From: an uncultured Pseudomonadota bacterium | GTDB lineage: Bacteria; Pseudomonadota; Alphaproteobacteria; RF32; CAG-239 | DNA length: 64,000 nt | Direction of reading: 5' to 3' | Assembly (NCBI GenBank): GCA_949295915.1 | Contig: CASFNB010000007.1 | Span: 47,416-111,415 of the forward strand | In this document: piece by piece, positions 1 through 8,484 of the stretch | Numbering within the stretch: the stretch's first letter is position 1 | Layout: each line of letters opens with the position of its first letter | Notes under the pieces: generated by a model | Told to the model about the DNA's origin: nothing | Database searches by the model: none | Seen by the model: the letters and a program-made list of their open reading frames with translations, nothing else | Program-made: the position numbers and the translations under genes

Positions 1-307
1 CGTTGGTAACTATTTTTGCTTGCGGAGCTAATTTCATAATAGCCGGAATGCTGCCGGAGTGGTCTTGTTCAATATGATTGGCGATAACATAATCAATCTT
101 AGAAAAATCTACCAAACTTCTGACACGAGCTAATTGTTCTTCAGTCATATAGTGTTTTACGCCATCGACCAAAGTAATTTTTTCATCCATAATCAGATAT
201 GAGTTATAAGTTGAGCCGCGCGGTGTTGTATAACCATGAAATTCTTTCAAGTTCCAATCTTTAGCGCCTACCCAGTAGACATCTTTTTTGATTTCTACAC
301 CATTCAT
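1..307 (-). CDS. flavodiiron protein (FprA/ROO family), N-terminal ~102 codons; the gene continues beyond the window start
   Basis: A minus-strand ATG at 307 opens MNGVEIKKDVYWVGAKDWNLKEFHGYTTPRGSTYNSYLIMDEKITLVDG...VIANHIEQDHSGSIP. This contains the HxExDH di-iron motif of the beta-lactamase-like FDP domain. Hand-translated; absent from the ORF track because it is truncated. Confidence 0.7.
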   Translation of the reverse strand, partial: MNGVEIKKDVYWVGAKDWNLKEFHGYTTPRGSTYNSYLIMDEKITLVDGVKHYMTEEQLARVRSLVDFSKIDYVIANHIEQDHSGSIPAIMKLAPQAKIVTN

Positions 308-368
308 ATTTTTTCTCCTATTTAAAAATTTGAACTATTGCCTATATAGATAATATCTAAAATTGTGA

Positions 369-416
369 TTGACAAGATGTATTTCATCATATAAACAATA
401 ATAAGAATGATTATCA
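369..416 (+). promoter_or_regulatory. candidate sigma70 promoter with an overlapping Fur/PerR-type box upstream of the perR-rbr pair
   Basis: TTGACA (369-374), a 17-nt spacer, then TATAAA (392-397). TAAGAAT-G-ATTATCA at 402-416 matches the 7-1-7 Fur-family box TGATAAT-N-ATTATCA at 12 of 14 positions and lies at the predicted transcription start. Confidence 0.4.
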
Positions 417-432
417 ATTTTATGGAAGAAAG

Positions 433-819
433 ATGAAATATTCAAAACAACGAGAACTGATTTTAAAAACTTTGCAGGAACATATGGTCCACCCTACGGC
501 AGACTATATCTACGAAGTTTTAAAAAAAGAACTTCCTTCCATAAGCTTGGCTACGGTTTATCGCAACTTAAACCAATTGGCAGAAAACGGAATGGTAAAA
601 AAAATTGAAGGATTAGATGGCTCCGTACATTTTGACCACAATCTTTCCAATCATTATCATTTCATTTGCACAAAATGTAATAAGGTATATGATGTACCTT
701 ATGATGTTGCTCCGGATTTGGCCGATAAAGTTCTGTCAAAAACCGGATTAATCATTGAAAATTATGATATTTCCTTCAAAGGTATTTGTCCGGAATGTCA
801 TAAAAAAGAGTTTCATTAA
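433..819 (+). CDS. perR: Fur-family peroxide-responsive repressor (PerR-like)
   Basis: 128 aa with a winged-helix N-terminus (ISLATVYRNL), an HHF motif and two CxxC pairs (CTKC, CPEC), as expected for the Fur family. It lies between a flavodiiron protein and rubrerythrin, which argues for PerR rather than Fur or Zur. Confidence 0.75.
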   Translation: MKYSKQRELILKTLQEHMVHPTADYIYEVLKKELPSISLATVYRNLNQLAENGMVKKIEGLDGSVHFDHNLSNHYHFICTKCNKVYDVPYDVAPDLADKVLSKTGLIIENYDISFKGICPECHKKEFH

Positions 820-840
820 CCTATTTATTGGAGAGATTAC

Positions 841-1383
841 ATGCAATTAAAAGGCTCTAAAACCGAAAAAAACCTTATGGACGCATTTGCCGGCGAATCT
901 ATGGCTCGCAACAAATACACCTATTACGCTTCTAAAGCTAAAAAAGAAGGTTACAATATCATCGCTGAAAAATTTGAACAAACCGCAAATAACGAAAAAG
1001 AACACGCTAAATTGTGGTTCAAACTCTTGCATGACGGGGAAATTGCCGACACAATCACCAACCTCAAAGATGCTGCTGCCGGTGAAAACTATGAATGGAC
1101 CGATATGTACGCACGCATGGCTAAAGAAGCCGAAGAAGAAGGTTTTACCAAAATTGCTTACCTCTTCAAGGCTGTTGCTCAAATTGAAAAAGGTCACGAA
1201 GAAAGATATCAAGCTCTCTTGGATTCTTTGTGCGAAGGCAAAATTTTTGAACGCCCGACAAAAGTTATTTGGGAATGCGGCAACTGCGGTCACCGTGTAG
1301 AATCTCCGAAAGCGCCCGAAAAATGCCCGGTTTGTGATCACCCGCAAGCTTATTTCTTCCAACTGCAAGAAACAGAGTTTTAA
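841..1383 (+). CDS. rbr: rubrerythrin
   Basis: 180 aa. Di-iron four-helix motifs (ExxH: [18 protein letters not shown]) plus a C-terminal rubredoxin-like CGNCG...CPVCD. GGAGAG RBS 7 nt upstream. Confidence 0.9.
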   Translation: MQLKGSKTEKNLMDAFAGESMARNKYTYYASKAKKEGYNIIAEKFEQTANNEKEHAKLWFKLLHDGEIADTITNLKDAAAGENYEWTDMYARMAKEAEEEGFTKIAYLFKAVAQIEKGHEERYQALLDSLCEGKIFERPTKVIWECGNCGHRVESPKAPEKCPVCDHPQAYFFQLQETEF

Positions 1384-1410
1384 GCAAAAGTATATTTAGT
1401 GTTTTCGACA

Positions 1411-1436
1411 GCCTTCCTTTTTAGGAAGGCTTTTTC
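1411..1436 (+). terminator. intrinsic terminator after rbr
   Basis: GCCTTCC-ttttta-GGAAGGC followed by TTTTT. Confidence 0.6.
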
Positions 1437-1444
1437 TTTTATGA

Positions 1445-1665
1445 AATCCCAAAACGAGTTCGGGATGACCTCAATGAGGTCTTTTTTTGGTTGCCACCGG
1501 CTAAACACGGCGTGTTTGACGGCAAAAGTTTGACAAGCTTAGCCAGCTTGACCGCCCTAATCGATTGCCGCGCTGTTCGTGCCCTGAAACCGCGTTGCTT
1601 TCCATGTGCAAGGCGGAGAGTTTGTGCCTTGTTCATTCATCATTGTCATCCCGAATTTATTTCGG
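1445..1665. repeat. hairpin-rich composite repeat (MITE/REP-like), locus A
   Basis: Bounded by an 11-bp inverted repeat: TTCGGGATGAC at 1459-1469 and GTCATCCCGAA at 1645-1655. The internal segment 1563-1655 closely matches 13141-13231 and 12848-12939. ORF-track entries 1439..1636 and 1491..1691 are translations of this repeat. Confidence 0.6.
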
Positions 1666-1687
1666 AAAAAACGAAAGGAGAAAGAAT

Positions 1688-2266
1688 ATGAATACAAGAA
1701 CTGACAAAATTTTGGAAGCAAGTCTCGCGCTCGCGGCTTTCTCCTTTATCACCGCAACGCAGGTAGCGGCTCAAACCTACGTTACTCCCCCAACCTGCGA
1801 AAGTTTGGGATATAATAAAACCACTGCCGATTGCGAAGGAAAAACCATCCTCAAATGCCCGTTTGATACCTCTCAGGTTTATTGCCCCGGAAACAATGAA
1901 GAATCAAACATTACATCTTATAAAGTTGGGGATGATTATTTTATGGCCGGATATAACATAGGAAGAGTTCTAGAAATTAAAGGTAATATAATAAAGGTTG
2001 CATCTACACTTAAAGTAAGTTCTTCAGAAATTACTGATTATTGTGACAATTTATCACCAGGTGTTTGGATAGCTCCGGATAGTACTGATCTTGCCGTAAA
2101 AATATTTAAGATTTTTAAAGGAACATACAAAGATAGTCTAGCATTTTTAAGAATTAATACATCTCCGGGTTGTGTAGATACAGCAGGACTTAATCGTAAT
2201 CTCAAATGTACGGATTCACGTTATACATTTTACAACTCCTGCATTACTTCCGTGCAGGCAAATTAA
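1688..2266 (+). CDS. secreted Cys-rich protein, paralogue 1 (conserved N-terminal module, unique C-terminal domain)
   Basis: ATG at 1688 with an AAAGGAGA RBS; the track start at 1565 lies inside the repeat. Signal peptide MNTRTDKILEASLALAAFSFITATQVAAQ, then TYVTPPTCESLGYNKTTADCEGKTILKCPFDTSQVYC, which is shared with the ORF at 13334. Confidence 0.65.
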   Translation: MNTRTDKILEASLALAAFSFITATQVAAQTYVTPPTCESLGYNKTTADCEGKTILKCPFDTSQVYCPGNNEESNITSYKVGDDYFMAGYNIGRVLEIKGNIIKVASTLKVSSSEITDYCDNLSPGVWIAPDSTDLAVKIFKIFKGTYKDSLAFLRINTSPGCVDTAGLNRNLKCTDSRYTFYNSCITSVQAN

Positions 2267-2298
2267 AAATATTTCACGGTAATTAATCTGTACTAATC

Positions 2299-2336
2299 AA
2301 AATCCCCTTTGAAAATTTTTTTCAAAGGGGATTTTC
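2299..2336. terminator. bidirectional intrinsic terminator between the secreted-protein gene and cysS
   Basis: AATCCCCTTTG (2301-2311) pairs with CAAAGGGGATT (2323-2333), flanked by A/T runs. Confidence 0.6.
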
Positions 2337-3713
2337 TTACATCTTTTTCCAAGTGGTGCCGTTGGGACCGTCTTCCAAGATAATGCCCTGCTCTTTTAAC
2401 TCATTGCGAATTTTATCAGCCGTTGCCCAATCTTTGTTCTTTTTGGCTTCAGTACGCGCTTGGATTTTGGCTTCAATCTCAGAATCATCTTCCTTATCTC
2501 CGCCTTTGAACCAGTTTTCGGCATCTTGCCACAACAAGCCCAACAGATAAGCATTTGCCAGCAACTCGGATTTATATTTAACCTTATCTTCTTCACTCTC
2601 GGCTTTGTTCAAATTATTGACATTTTCATGCAGATAAGTCAGTGCCAACGGAGTGTTCAAGTCATCTGCCAAAGCCTCGACAACTCTTGCATCCGGCTCA
2701 ACTTTTTCTGCCTTAACATCTTTAACTCTTAACAAGGCATTATAGAACTTATCCAAAGTGGCTTTGGCATTGCTTAAGCCTTCAAAAGTGAAGTTAAACG
2801 GTTGGTGATAGTGAGAGCTCAAGAACAACAATCTTAAAGCTTCTGCCGGAGCTTTTGCCAAAACATCATCCAAGATATAAAAGTTTCCCAAAGACTTTGA
2901 CATCTTCACGCCATCGACCATCAACATACCGGCATGGACCCAATAATGCGCAAACTTAGTCCCTTCAAATGCACATCTTGATTGAGCGCACTCATTTTCG
3001 TGGTGCGGGAAAATCAAATCTGAACCGCCACCGTGAATGTCAAAGTCATTTCCGAGCAACTTAGAACTCATGGCAGAGCATTCCAAATGCCAACCGGGGC
3101 GACCGTATCCCCACGGACTGTTCCAACCCGGCTCCGTCGCTTCCGATGGTTTCCAAAGTACAAAGTCTGCCGGATTTTTCTTATAATCAGCCACTTCCAC
3201 TCTGGCGCCTGCCAACATCTCTTTCATGCTTCTGCCTGACAAGCAACCGTAATCCGGCATCGAATCAACCGAAAACAATACATGCCCTTCCGCTTCATAA
3301 GCGTGTCCATTCTCTAGCAAGCGTTTGACCAACTCTATCATCTCGTTGATATAGTCCGTGGCTCTCGGGCGATAGTTCGGCTCCAAGTTACCGAGCTTTT
3401 TCATATCTTCAATATACCAATTATAAGTTTCTTCGGTAATCTCGCGAATCGGCTTGCCGGTTTCTTTGTGTTTATTTAAAATCTTGTCATCAACATCGGT
3501 GATGTTTGAAACATAAGTCACATGGTCGGCACCGTAAACATAACGGAGCAGACGATAAAGCACGTCATAAGACACCGGCGTTTTACCATTGCCCAAATGG
3601 GCTTTATCATACACCGTGGGACCACAGACATACATGCGCACATTGTTACAGTCTATCGGAACAAACTTTTCTTTGCGACGTGTTAATGTGTTATGCAAGT
3701 ATATGTCTACCAC
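2337..3713 (-). CDS. cysS: cysteinyl-tRNA synthetase
   Basis: 458 aa with a class I HIGH-type motif (KAHLGNGKT) and KMSKS (VKMSKSLGN). Global CysRS-like sequence including WHLECSAM. Confidence 0.95.
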   Translation of the reverse strand: MVDIYLHNTLTRRKEKFVPIDCNNVRMYVCGPTVYDKAHLGNGKTPVSYDVLYRLLRYVYGADHVTYVSNITDVDDKILNKHKETGKPIREITEETYNWYIEDMKKLGNLEPNYRPRATDYINEMIELVKRLLENGHAYEAEGHVLFSVDSMPDYGCLSGRSMKEMLAGARVEVADYKKNPADFVLWKPSEATEPGWNSPWGYGRPGWHLECSAMSSKLLGNDFDIHGGGSDLIFPHHENECAQSRCAFEGTKFAHYWVHAGMLMVDGVKMSKSLGNFYILDDVLAKAPAEALRLLFLSSHYHQPFNFTFEGLSNAKATLDKFYNALLRVKDVKAEKVEPDARVVEALADDLNTPLALTYLHENVNNLNKAESEEDKVKYKSELLANAYLLGLLWQDAENWFKGGDKEDDSEIEAKIQARTEAKKNKDWATADKIRNELKEQGIILEDGPNGTTWKKM

Positions 3714-3744
3714 GATTTTTCTCCTCTATTCCAGTTATGTTAAA

Positions 3745-5067
3745 TTATGCAGCTTCGCCTTTTAATCTCTTATAGGCTTTGGCTCTACCCATCAAAGGCA
3801 TCAAGATTTTGAGTTCCGGTCCGTTTTCTTGAGCGGTTAAAGCTTTTCTAATCGGGTGAAACAAATCTTTGCCTTTTTTGCCGGTTTTGGCTTTAACTTC
3901 ATTAACCCAAAGATTGAAGGTTTCTTCATTCCAGGGTTCTGCCGGCAGCAAATCGGCTGCGGTTTCGGTCAAAACAGAATCTTCAATTATCGGTTTAACT
4001 TCTTTGTGGCAAATGTCTTCCCATGCCGTAATATCTGTTACAAAAGTCAAATTACCTTTAACGGCATTCCAGAAGTTTTCATCGGCATCAATACGACCTT
4101 TGACATATTCATACGGTGCACCGTGAATAAATTTGGTATTGAACATTTCCAATTCTTCAACATCAAATTTGGGTTGTGCTCTGCCGATTTTGCTCAGATC
4201 CAAAGATTTTGCCAAACTTTCCAAATCATAAAACGGTTCAATGCTTTCAGACGTACCTAATTTTGCCAAGAAAGAGCTGATGGCCATGGCTTCAATGCCT
4301 TCGGCCTTCAATTCTCTGACACCCAAGCTGCCCAAGCGTTTGGACAATTTTCCTTCTTTACCGGTCAATAACGGCAAGTGTCCGAAAGTCGGCACATCGC
4401 CGCCCAAAGCTTCAAACATTTGAACTTGTGATGCGGTGTTGGTAACGTGGTCTTCACCGCGGATAATATGGGTGATTCCGAAATCATGGTCATCAATAAC
4501 CGATGGCAAGTGGTACAAAAAGCTGCCGTCTTCACGAATGATAATCGGGTCGCTCAAATTTTTGGCATCATATTTTACTTCGCCTCTAACCATATCATTC
4601 CACTTAATTTCACCATCAACAAGTTTGAAACGATAGTGCGGTTTGCGGCCTTCTTTTTCATATGCGGCAATTTGCTCTGCCGTCAACTTCAAGGCGGAGC
4701 GATCATAAATCGGCGGCAGACCTTTGTTCATCAGTCGTTTGCGCATAAACTCCAATTCTTCCGCCGTTTCGTAGCAAGCATATATTCTGCCTTCCTTCTT
4801 TAATTGTTCGACAACTTCGTTATATCTGTCAAATCTTGCCGATTGTCTGGCTTCTTCTTCCCAAACAAGTCCGAGCCATTTTAACGAATCTCTCAAAGAA
4901 AGCTCATATTCTTCTTTAGAACGCAACTTATCGGTATCATCAATACGGAGCATAAACCTGCCGCCCAACTTCTTTGCCAACAACCAGTTAAACAATGCCG
5001 TTCTGGTGTTGCCGATGTGCATATAACCGGTCGGCGATGGTGCAAATCTGACTTTTATTTCACTCAT
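3745..5067 (-). CDS. gltX: glutamyl-tRNA synthetase
   Basis: RFAPSPTGYMHIGNTRTALFNW (HIGH region) and KLSKR. The start is placed at the ATG at 5067 (MSEIKVRFAPSPTG) rather than the GTG at 5082 used by the track. Confidence 0.9.
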   Translation of the reverse strand: MSEIKVRFAPSPTGYMHIGNTRTALFNWLLAKKLGGRFMLRIDDTDKLRSKEEYELSLRDSLKWLGLVWEEEARQSARFDRYNEVVEQLKKEGRIYACYETAEELEFMRKRLMNKGLPPIYDRSALKLTAEQIAAYEKEGRKPHYRFKLVDGEIKWNDMVRGEVKYDAKNLSDPIIIREDGSFLYHLPSVIDDHDFGITHIIRGEDHVTNTASQVQMFEALGGDVPTFGHLPLLTGKEGKLSKRLGSLGVRELKAEGIEAMAISSFLAKLGTSESIEPFYDLESLAKSLDLSKIGRAQPKFDVEELEMFNTKFIHGAPYEYVKGRIDADENFWNAVKGNLTFVTDITAWEDICHKEVKPIIEDSVLTETAADLLPAEPWNEETFNLWVNEVKAKTGKKGKDLFHPIRKALTAQENGPELKILMPLMGRAKAYKRLKGEAA

Positions 5068-5161
5068 AACTAAAATATCCACTTTATTATTAAAAAAACT
5101 AAAGTGGATATTATAAGTTTATGTTTATAAATTCAAGGTTATTTTACAAAAATCTCGCTTT

Positions 5162-5827
5162 TTATTGCTCTATTTTCTCTAATTTTTGCTGATTTGTCTT
5201 TTCCGTGGAGCTGACTATGGTGGCAAAGTCTTCCAAAAACCAGCTCATATCTCCCTCATCTTCCGCTACCATCTGATAGAAACGATTGCGATATGACAAA
5301 ATTAAGCTGCTTTCAGCCAAGGTTAAATCAATGATTTTGATGTCGTCTTTATTTTCTACCAAACGAAAAATGACATTGATTTTTTGAGGCTGATTTTCTT
5401 TATTCTGAAAATTGCCGCCTAGGTCAATCGTGGCAAAAACATCGGTATATGTTTTGGAGGCTATGGCATTATTGATTCTGAATGTTATCGGATATTGAAA
5501 CGTGAGCGGAAACCCTTTGTATACAGCCAAGGCATAGCGTCTGAACAAAGCCAAATACTCTTGTTGCTGGCTCTTATCCATTTCGCGCCAATGTTTGCCT
5601 ATTACAAATTTTCCGATATAATCCAAATCAACATATTTGAGAAATAAATCGTCCAAATTTTGATATTTTTGCGCCAAATCCTTTTCTTGGAAAGTTTCTA
5701 GCAACAAATTTCCCTTATCTTCTGCCCAAGAGATTGCTTTTTGCGGTTGCGGCGCGGCAGCATGCACCGAAAAACTCATCAGCGAAAAACAAACGATAAT
5801 AAGTTGCAAAAATTGCTTACTTTTCAT
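5162..5827 (-). CDS. MlaC/Ttg2D-like periplasmic phospholipid-binding protein
   Basis: Signal peptide (LMSFSVHAAAP) and the family-typical stretch YVDLDYIGKFVIGKHWREMDKSQQQEYLALFRRYALAVY. No other mla genes are adjacent. Confidence 0.6.
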   Translation of the reverse strand: MKSKQFLQLIIVCFSLMSFSVHAAAPQPQKAISWAEDKGNLLLETFQEKDLAQKYQNLDDLFLKYVDLDYIGKFVIGKHWREMDKSQQQEYLALFRRYALAVYKGFPLTFQYPITFRINNAIASKTYTDVFATIDLGGNFQNKENQPQKINVIFRLVENKDDIKIIDLTLAESSLILSYRNRFYQMVAEDEGDMSWFLEDFATIVSSTEKTNQQKLEKIEQ

Positions 5828-5889
5828 TTAAATATATCCTATATTGTTCTTAAATTTATTTTGATTATAACATCAATTGGTTAAAAAAA

Positions 5890-6909
5890 ATGAAACAAAA
5901 AATTTGCTTTTTATATCTTTTGACCTGTTTATTCTCTGCTAATGCCTGGGCAACGGATGCCGGGTTTCGGTTTATTAAAACGCGTGGTGAGGTTCTGTGC
6001 GGAACTGATTTAAACGCAGGAACTTTTGCTCATAAAGATGAAGCCGGTTATTGGCGCGGTATTGATGCAGATCTTTGTCGAGTTTTCTCTACAGCCATAT
6101 TCGGTCGCTCCGACAGGTTTAAATTGGTTGATGTTAAAGCAAATCAGGCCAATGCCGCCATTGCCAACAATAAAATTGATATTATGCTCGGAAATGCGCC
6201 CGGAACCGCATCTCAAGATATTAGCGGGCGATCCACTCAGGCTGCATTACTTTATTATATCCGTCAAATGATCTTGACTCACAAAAATGAAAATGCAACT
6301 TCCATGGATGATTTTAAAGGTAAAAAAGTTTGCGTCATCTCCGGTACAGACGATTATTATAATTTACAAGATTTCAGCGATAAATATAAACTTAATTTGC
6401 GCCCGCTCTTCTTTCAAAATGCCAATGATGCAAAAAATGCTTTTTTGCTTAAACGTTGCGACCTTTATACCGGCAATGAATTATACTTAAAAGGAATTAT
6501 CGATAATATGACCGATACTTCCCTGCAAATTGAAATTTTACCGGAAGTTATTGCAGAAAAACCGGTTTATGCTCAAGTTCTTAAAGACAATCAAAAATTG
6601 CGCACTTCCGTTAAATGGATTATTAATGCTCTCACTTTGGCTGAAAAAAGAGGCATTAACTCTAAAAACGTAGATATATTCATCGGTTTGAAAGATGGTT
6701 CCGTCAAAAACTTGCTCGGTGTTAATCCTGATTTATGGAACAAATTTGAACTTAACCCAACATGGGTACGCTCCACTATTACCGAGCTTGGAAATTATGG
6801 CGAAATTTATGAGAAAAATCTAGGTTCTATTTCTGAGCTGAAAATCGAACGTGGAAAAAATAACCTGATTGAAAACGGCGGTTTAATCGGGTCTCAATCT
6901 TTTTATTAA
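5890..6909 (+). CDS. periplasmic amino-acid ABC transporter substrate-binding protein (AapJ-like), orphan
   Basis: 339 aa with a signal peptide and a family 3 SBP-like sequence (GFRFIKTRGEVLCG...GYWRGIDADLCRV). No permease or ATPase genes are adjacent. Confidence 0.7.
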   Translation: MKQKICFLYLLTCLFSANAWATDAGFRFIKTRGEVLCGTDLNAGTFAHKDEAGYWRGIDADLCRVFSTAIFGRSDRFKLVDVKANQANAAIANNKIDIMLGNAPGTASQDISGRSTQAALLYYIRQMILTHKNENATSMDDFKGKKVCVISGTDDYYNLQDFSDKYKLNLRPLFFQNANDAKNAFLLKRCDLYTGNELYLKGIIDNMTDTSLQIEILPEVIAEKPVYAQVLKDNQKLRTSVKWIINALTLAEKRGINSKNVDIFIGLKDGSVKNLLGVNPDLWNKFELNPTWVRSTITELGNYGEIYEKNLGSISELKIERGKNNLIENGGLIGSQSFY

Positions 6910-7622
6910 GCAATTTTCCTTTGGTTGAGGTGGTGCTTTACTATAAAATCGGCGGCAACTTCCAACCCGTCGGGGGTTATACGGTGTTGTCCACCGTTTA
7001 CAACATAGCTTTCAACGTGAGATCCCAGCTTTTTCAACTCATTTTTTGTAAAATTCAATGCCTCAAAACGCACTAAATTGTCAGCATTACCGTGAATCAA
7101 AAGTGTATCCGGTGTAGATTGAGCATGACGCTCCAAAAACTTATGTCCGGCCATAATGCCACTGAAGCTGATACATCCGGCAATTTTCTTTTCTCTCATC
7201 AAAGAAGTATATATAGCCAACATTGCTCCTTGAGAAAAACCGCATAAATATAAATCTTTATCTTCCAACTGATATTCATTCAAACATTGGTCAATATAAT
7301 CATTAAGATAAGAAAAAGCTTCTTCCAAGCCCAATGTCATTTTGTTGTAGATTTCAACACATTCAGCAAAAGTCGGAACGGTTTTTCTGTCATCATTAGG
7401 GTCAAAGCGGTGCATGGAATACCACTGACGTTTGTCTTCCAAAACCTCACAACAAATCGGAGCTTGCGGTAAATGAATTGCCGTATTATCAAAGGTTTTG
7501 ATAAAATTTTGTAGTTTTCCCTCAAGATAGTCGGCACTATCAATGTAACCATGCAAAAATATTATCAATCTTTGCGGTTGACCGTTAACATAAACAATCT
7601 CTTCATTTATGGCATTTAACAT
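6906..7622 (-). CDS. phospholipase/carboxylesterase-family alpha/beta hydrolase
   Basis: 238 aa. GFSQGA nucleophile elbow, IFLHGY oxyanion region and a late HG..D/H segment. Confidence 0.7.
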   Translation of the reverse strand: MLNAINEEIVYVNGQPQRLIIFLHGYIDSADYLEGKLQNFIKTFDNTAIHLPQAPICCEVLEDKRQWYSMHRFDPNDDRKTVPTFAECVEIYNKMTLGLEEAFSYLNDYIDQCLNEYQLEDKDLYLCGFSQGAMLAIYTSLMREKKIAGCISFSGIMAGHKFLERHAQSTPDTLLIHGNADNLVRFEALNFTKNELKKLGSHVESYVVNGGQHRITPDGLEVAADFIVKHHLNQRKIA

Positions 7623-7730
7623 TTTTATGAATCCGATTCTTAACTTCCGCGTTAATTTAATGTATATTTTCTAAAAAAAACGTAAACAAATACTATCTAT
7701 TCAGCTGCTTGTAAAATTAAATTGCTCATA

Positions 7731-7760
7731 AAAAAAACCCACCGAAGGCGGGTTTTTTTT
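7731..7760 (-). terminator. intrinsic terminator downstream of rpsU (symmetrical A/T flanks)
   Basis: AAAAAAACCCACC-gaa-GGCGGGTTTTTTTT. Confidence 0.6.
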
Positions 7761-7781
7761 GTTTAAGCATTCCGTATAAAA

Positions 7782-7988
7782 CTAGAATCCTTCAGTATCT
7801 AAGCGTTTTCTAAGTTGCTTACGAGCGCGTCTAACAGCTTCAGCTTGACGACGAGCTTTTTTCTCAGAAGCTTTTTCATGACAACGACGCAATTTCATTT
7901 CACGGAAGATACCTTCTCTTTGCATCTTTTTCTTCAAAACTTTCAAAGATTGAGCAACATCATTACCGATAACAGTAACTTGAACCAC
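7782..7988 (-). CDS. rpsU: 30S ribosomal protein S21
   Basis: 68 aa, highly basic, with the typical S21 sequence [39 protein letters not shown]. Confidence 0.95.
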   Translation of the reverse strand: MVQVTVIGNDVAQSLKVLKKKMQREGIFREMKLRRCHEKASEKKARRQAEAVRRARKQLRKRLDTEGF

Positions 7989-8121
7989 TTAAATCACCCC
8001 TTTTCATGTTCTCTAAAGGTTATTACAAAATACAGGTTTCCCTGTTGGCTAACACATTTATCACAGACTTTTTATTTTGGCAAGCCTAAATAAAAAGGCA
8101 AAAATAAATGAGAAATATGTT

Positions 8122-8334
8122 TTAGGCTATAATATTTGGCATAATTGAAGCTTCAACCGTTTTGATTTTGCTTTTTATGCCGTTTCTTTGAGAATTAAGT
8201 TGCTTTGCCTGAAAAAAATCTATAGTTTTATTTTTAGAAACCAAATGTCTGATATCTGAACAAACGCGGCGCTCTTCAAGCTTCAGCTCACAGAGCTGTT
8301 GGTAAAGTTTGTTCATGTTATTTTGATTATTCAT
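8122..8334 (-). CDS. small coiled-coil hypothetical protein (possibly DUF465-like)
   Basis: An ORF with start choice uncertain (M32 of the track ORF). The C-terminal pattern FFQAKQLNSQRNGIKSKIKTVEA resembles the YdcH/DUF465 pattern. Weak call. Confidence 0.3.
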   Translation of the reverse strand: MNNQNNMNKLYQQLCELKLEERRVCSDIRHLVSKNKTIDFFQAKQLNSQRNGIKSKIKTVEASIMPNIIA

Positions 8335-8484
8335 AAAACCAAATTCCCTCATTGTTATTAAAAAAAAGCTGAAAATAAAATTTTTTACTGGAAATCTTTC
8401 CATAAAATTTGTATTAGTATACAACAAAATGACATTAAATGCAATAATTAAAAGTTCTAAAGTAAAAAAAATTAGGAGATTTAT

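Noticed and set aside
847-1368. A 173-aa minus-strand ORF and a 137-aa plus-strand alternate-frame ORF overlapping rubrerythrin
   Set aside because: Both overlap a clear rubrerythrin gene and have no RBS or motif. They are shadow ORFs.
1565-1687. The upstream start (1565) given by the ORF track for the first secreted protein
   Set aside because: The extension is encoded by repeat locus A. A good RBS/ATG at 1688 matches the paralogue start at 13334 exactly.
7731-7760. Similarity between the rpsU and pgk terminator hairpins (CCCACC-N4-GGCGGG at both 7738-7753 and 31371-31386) as a possible repeat family
   Set aside because: Only a short GC stem is shared, and the flanks differ. This is most likely a coincidental resemblance between ordinary intrinsic terminators.
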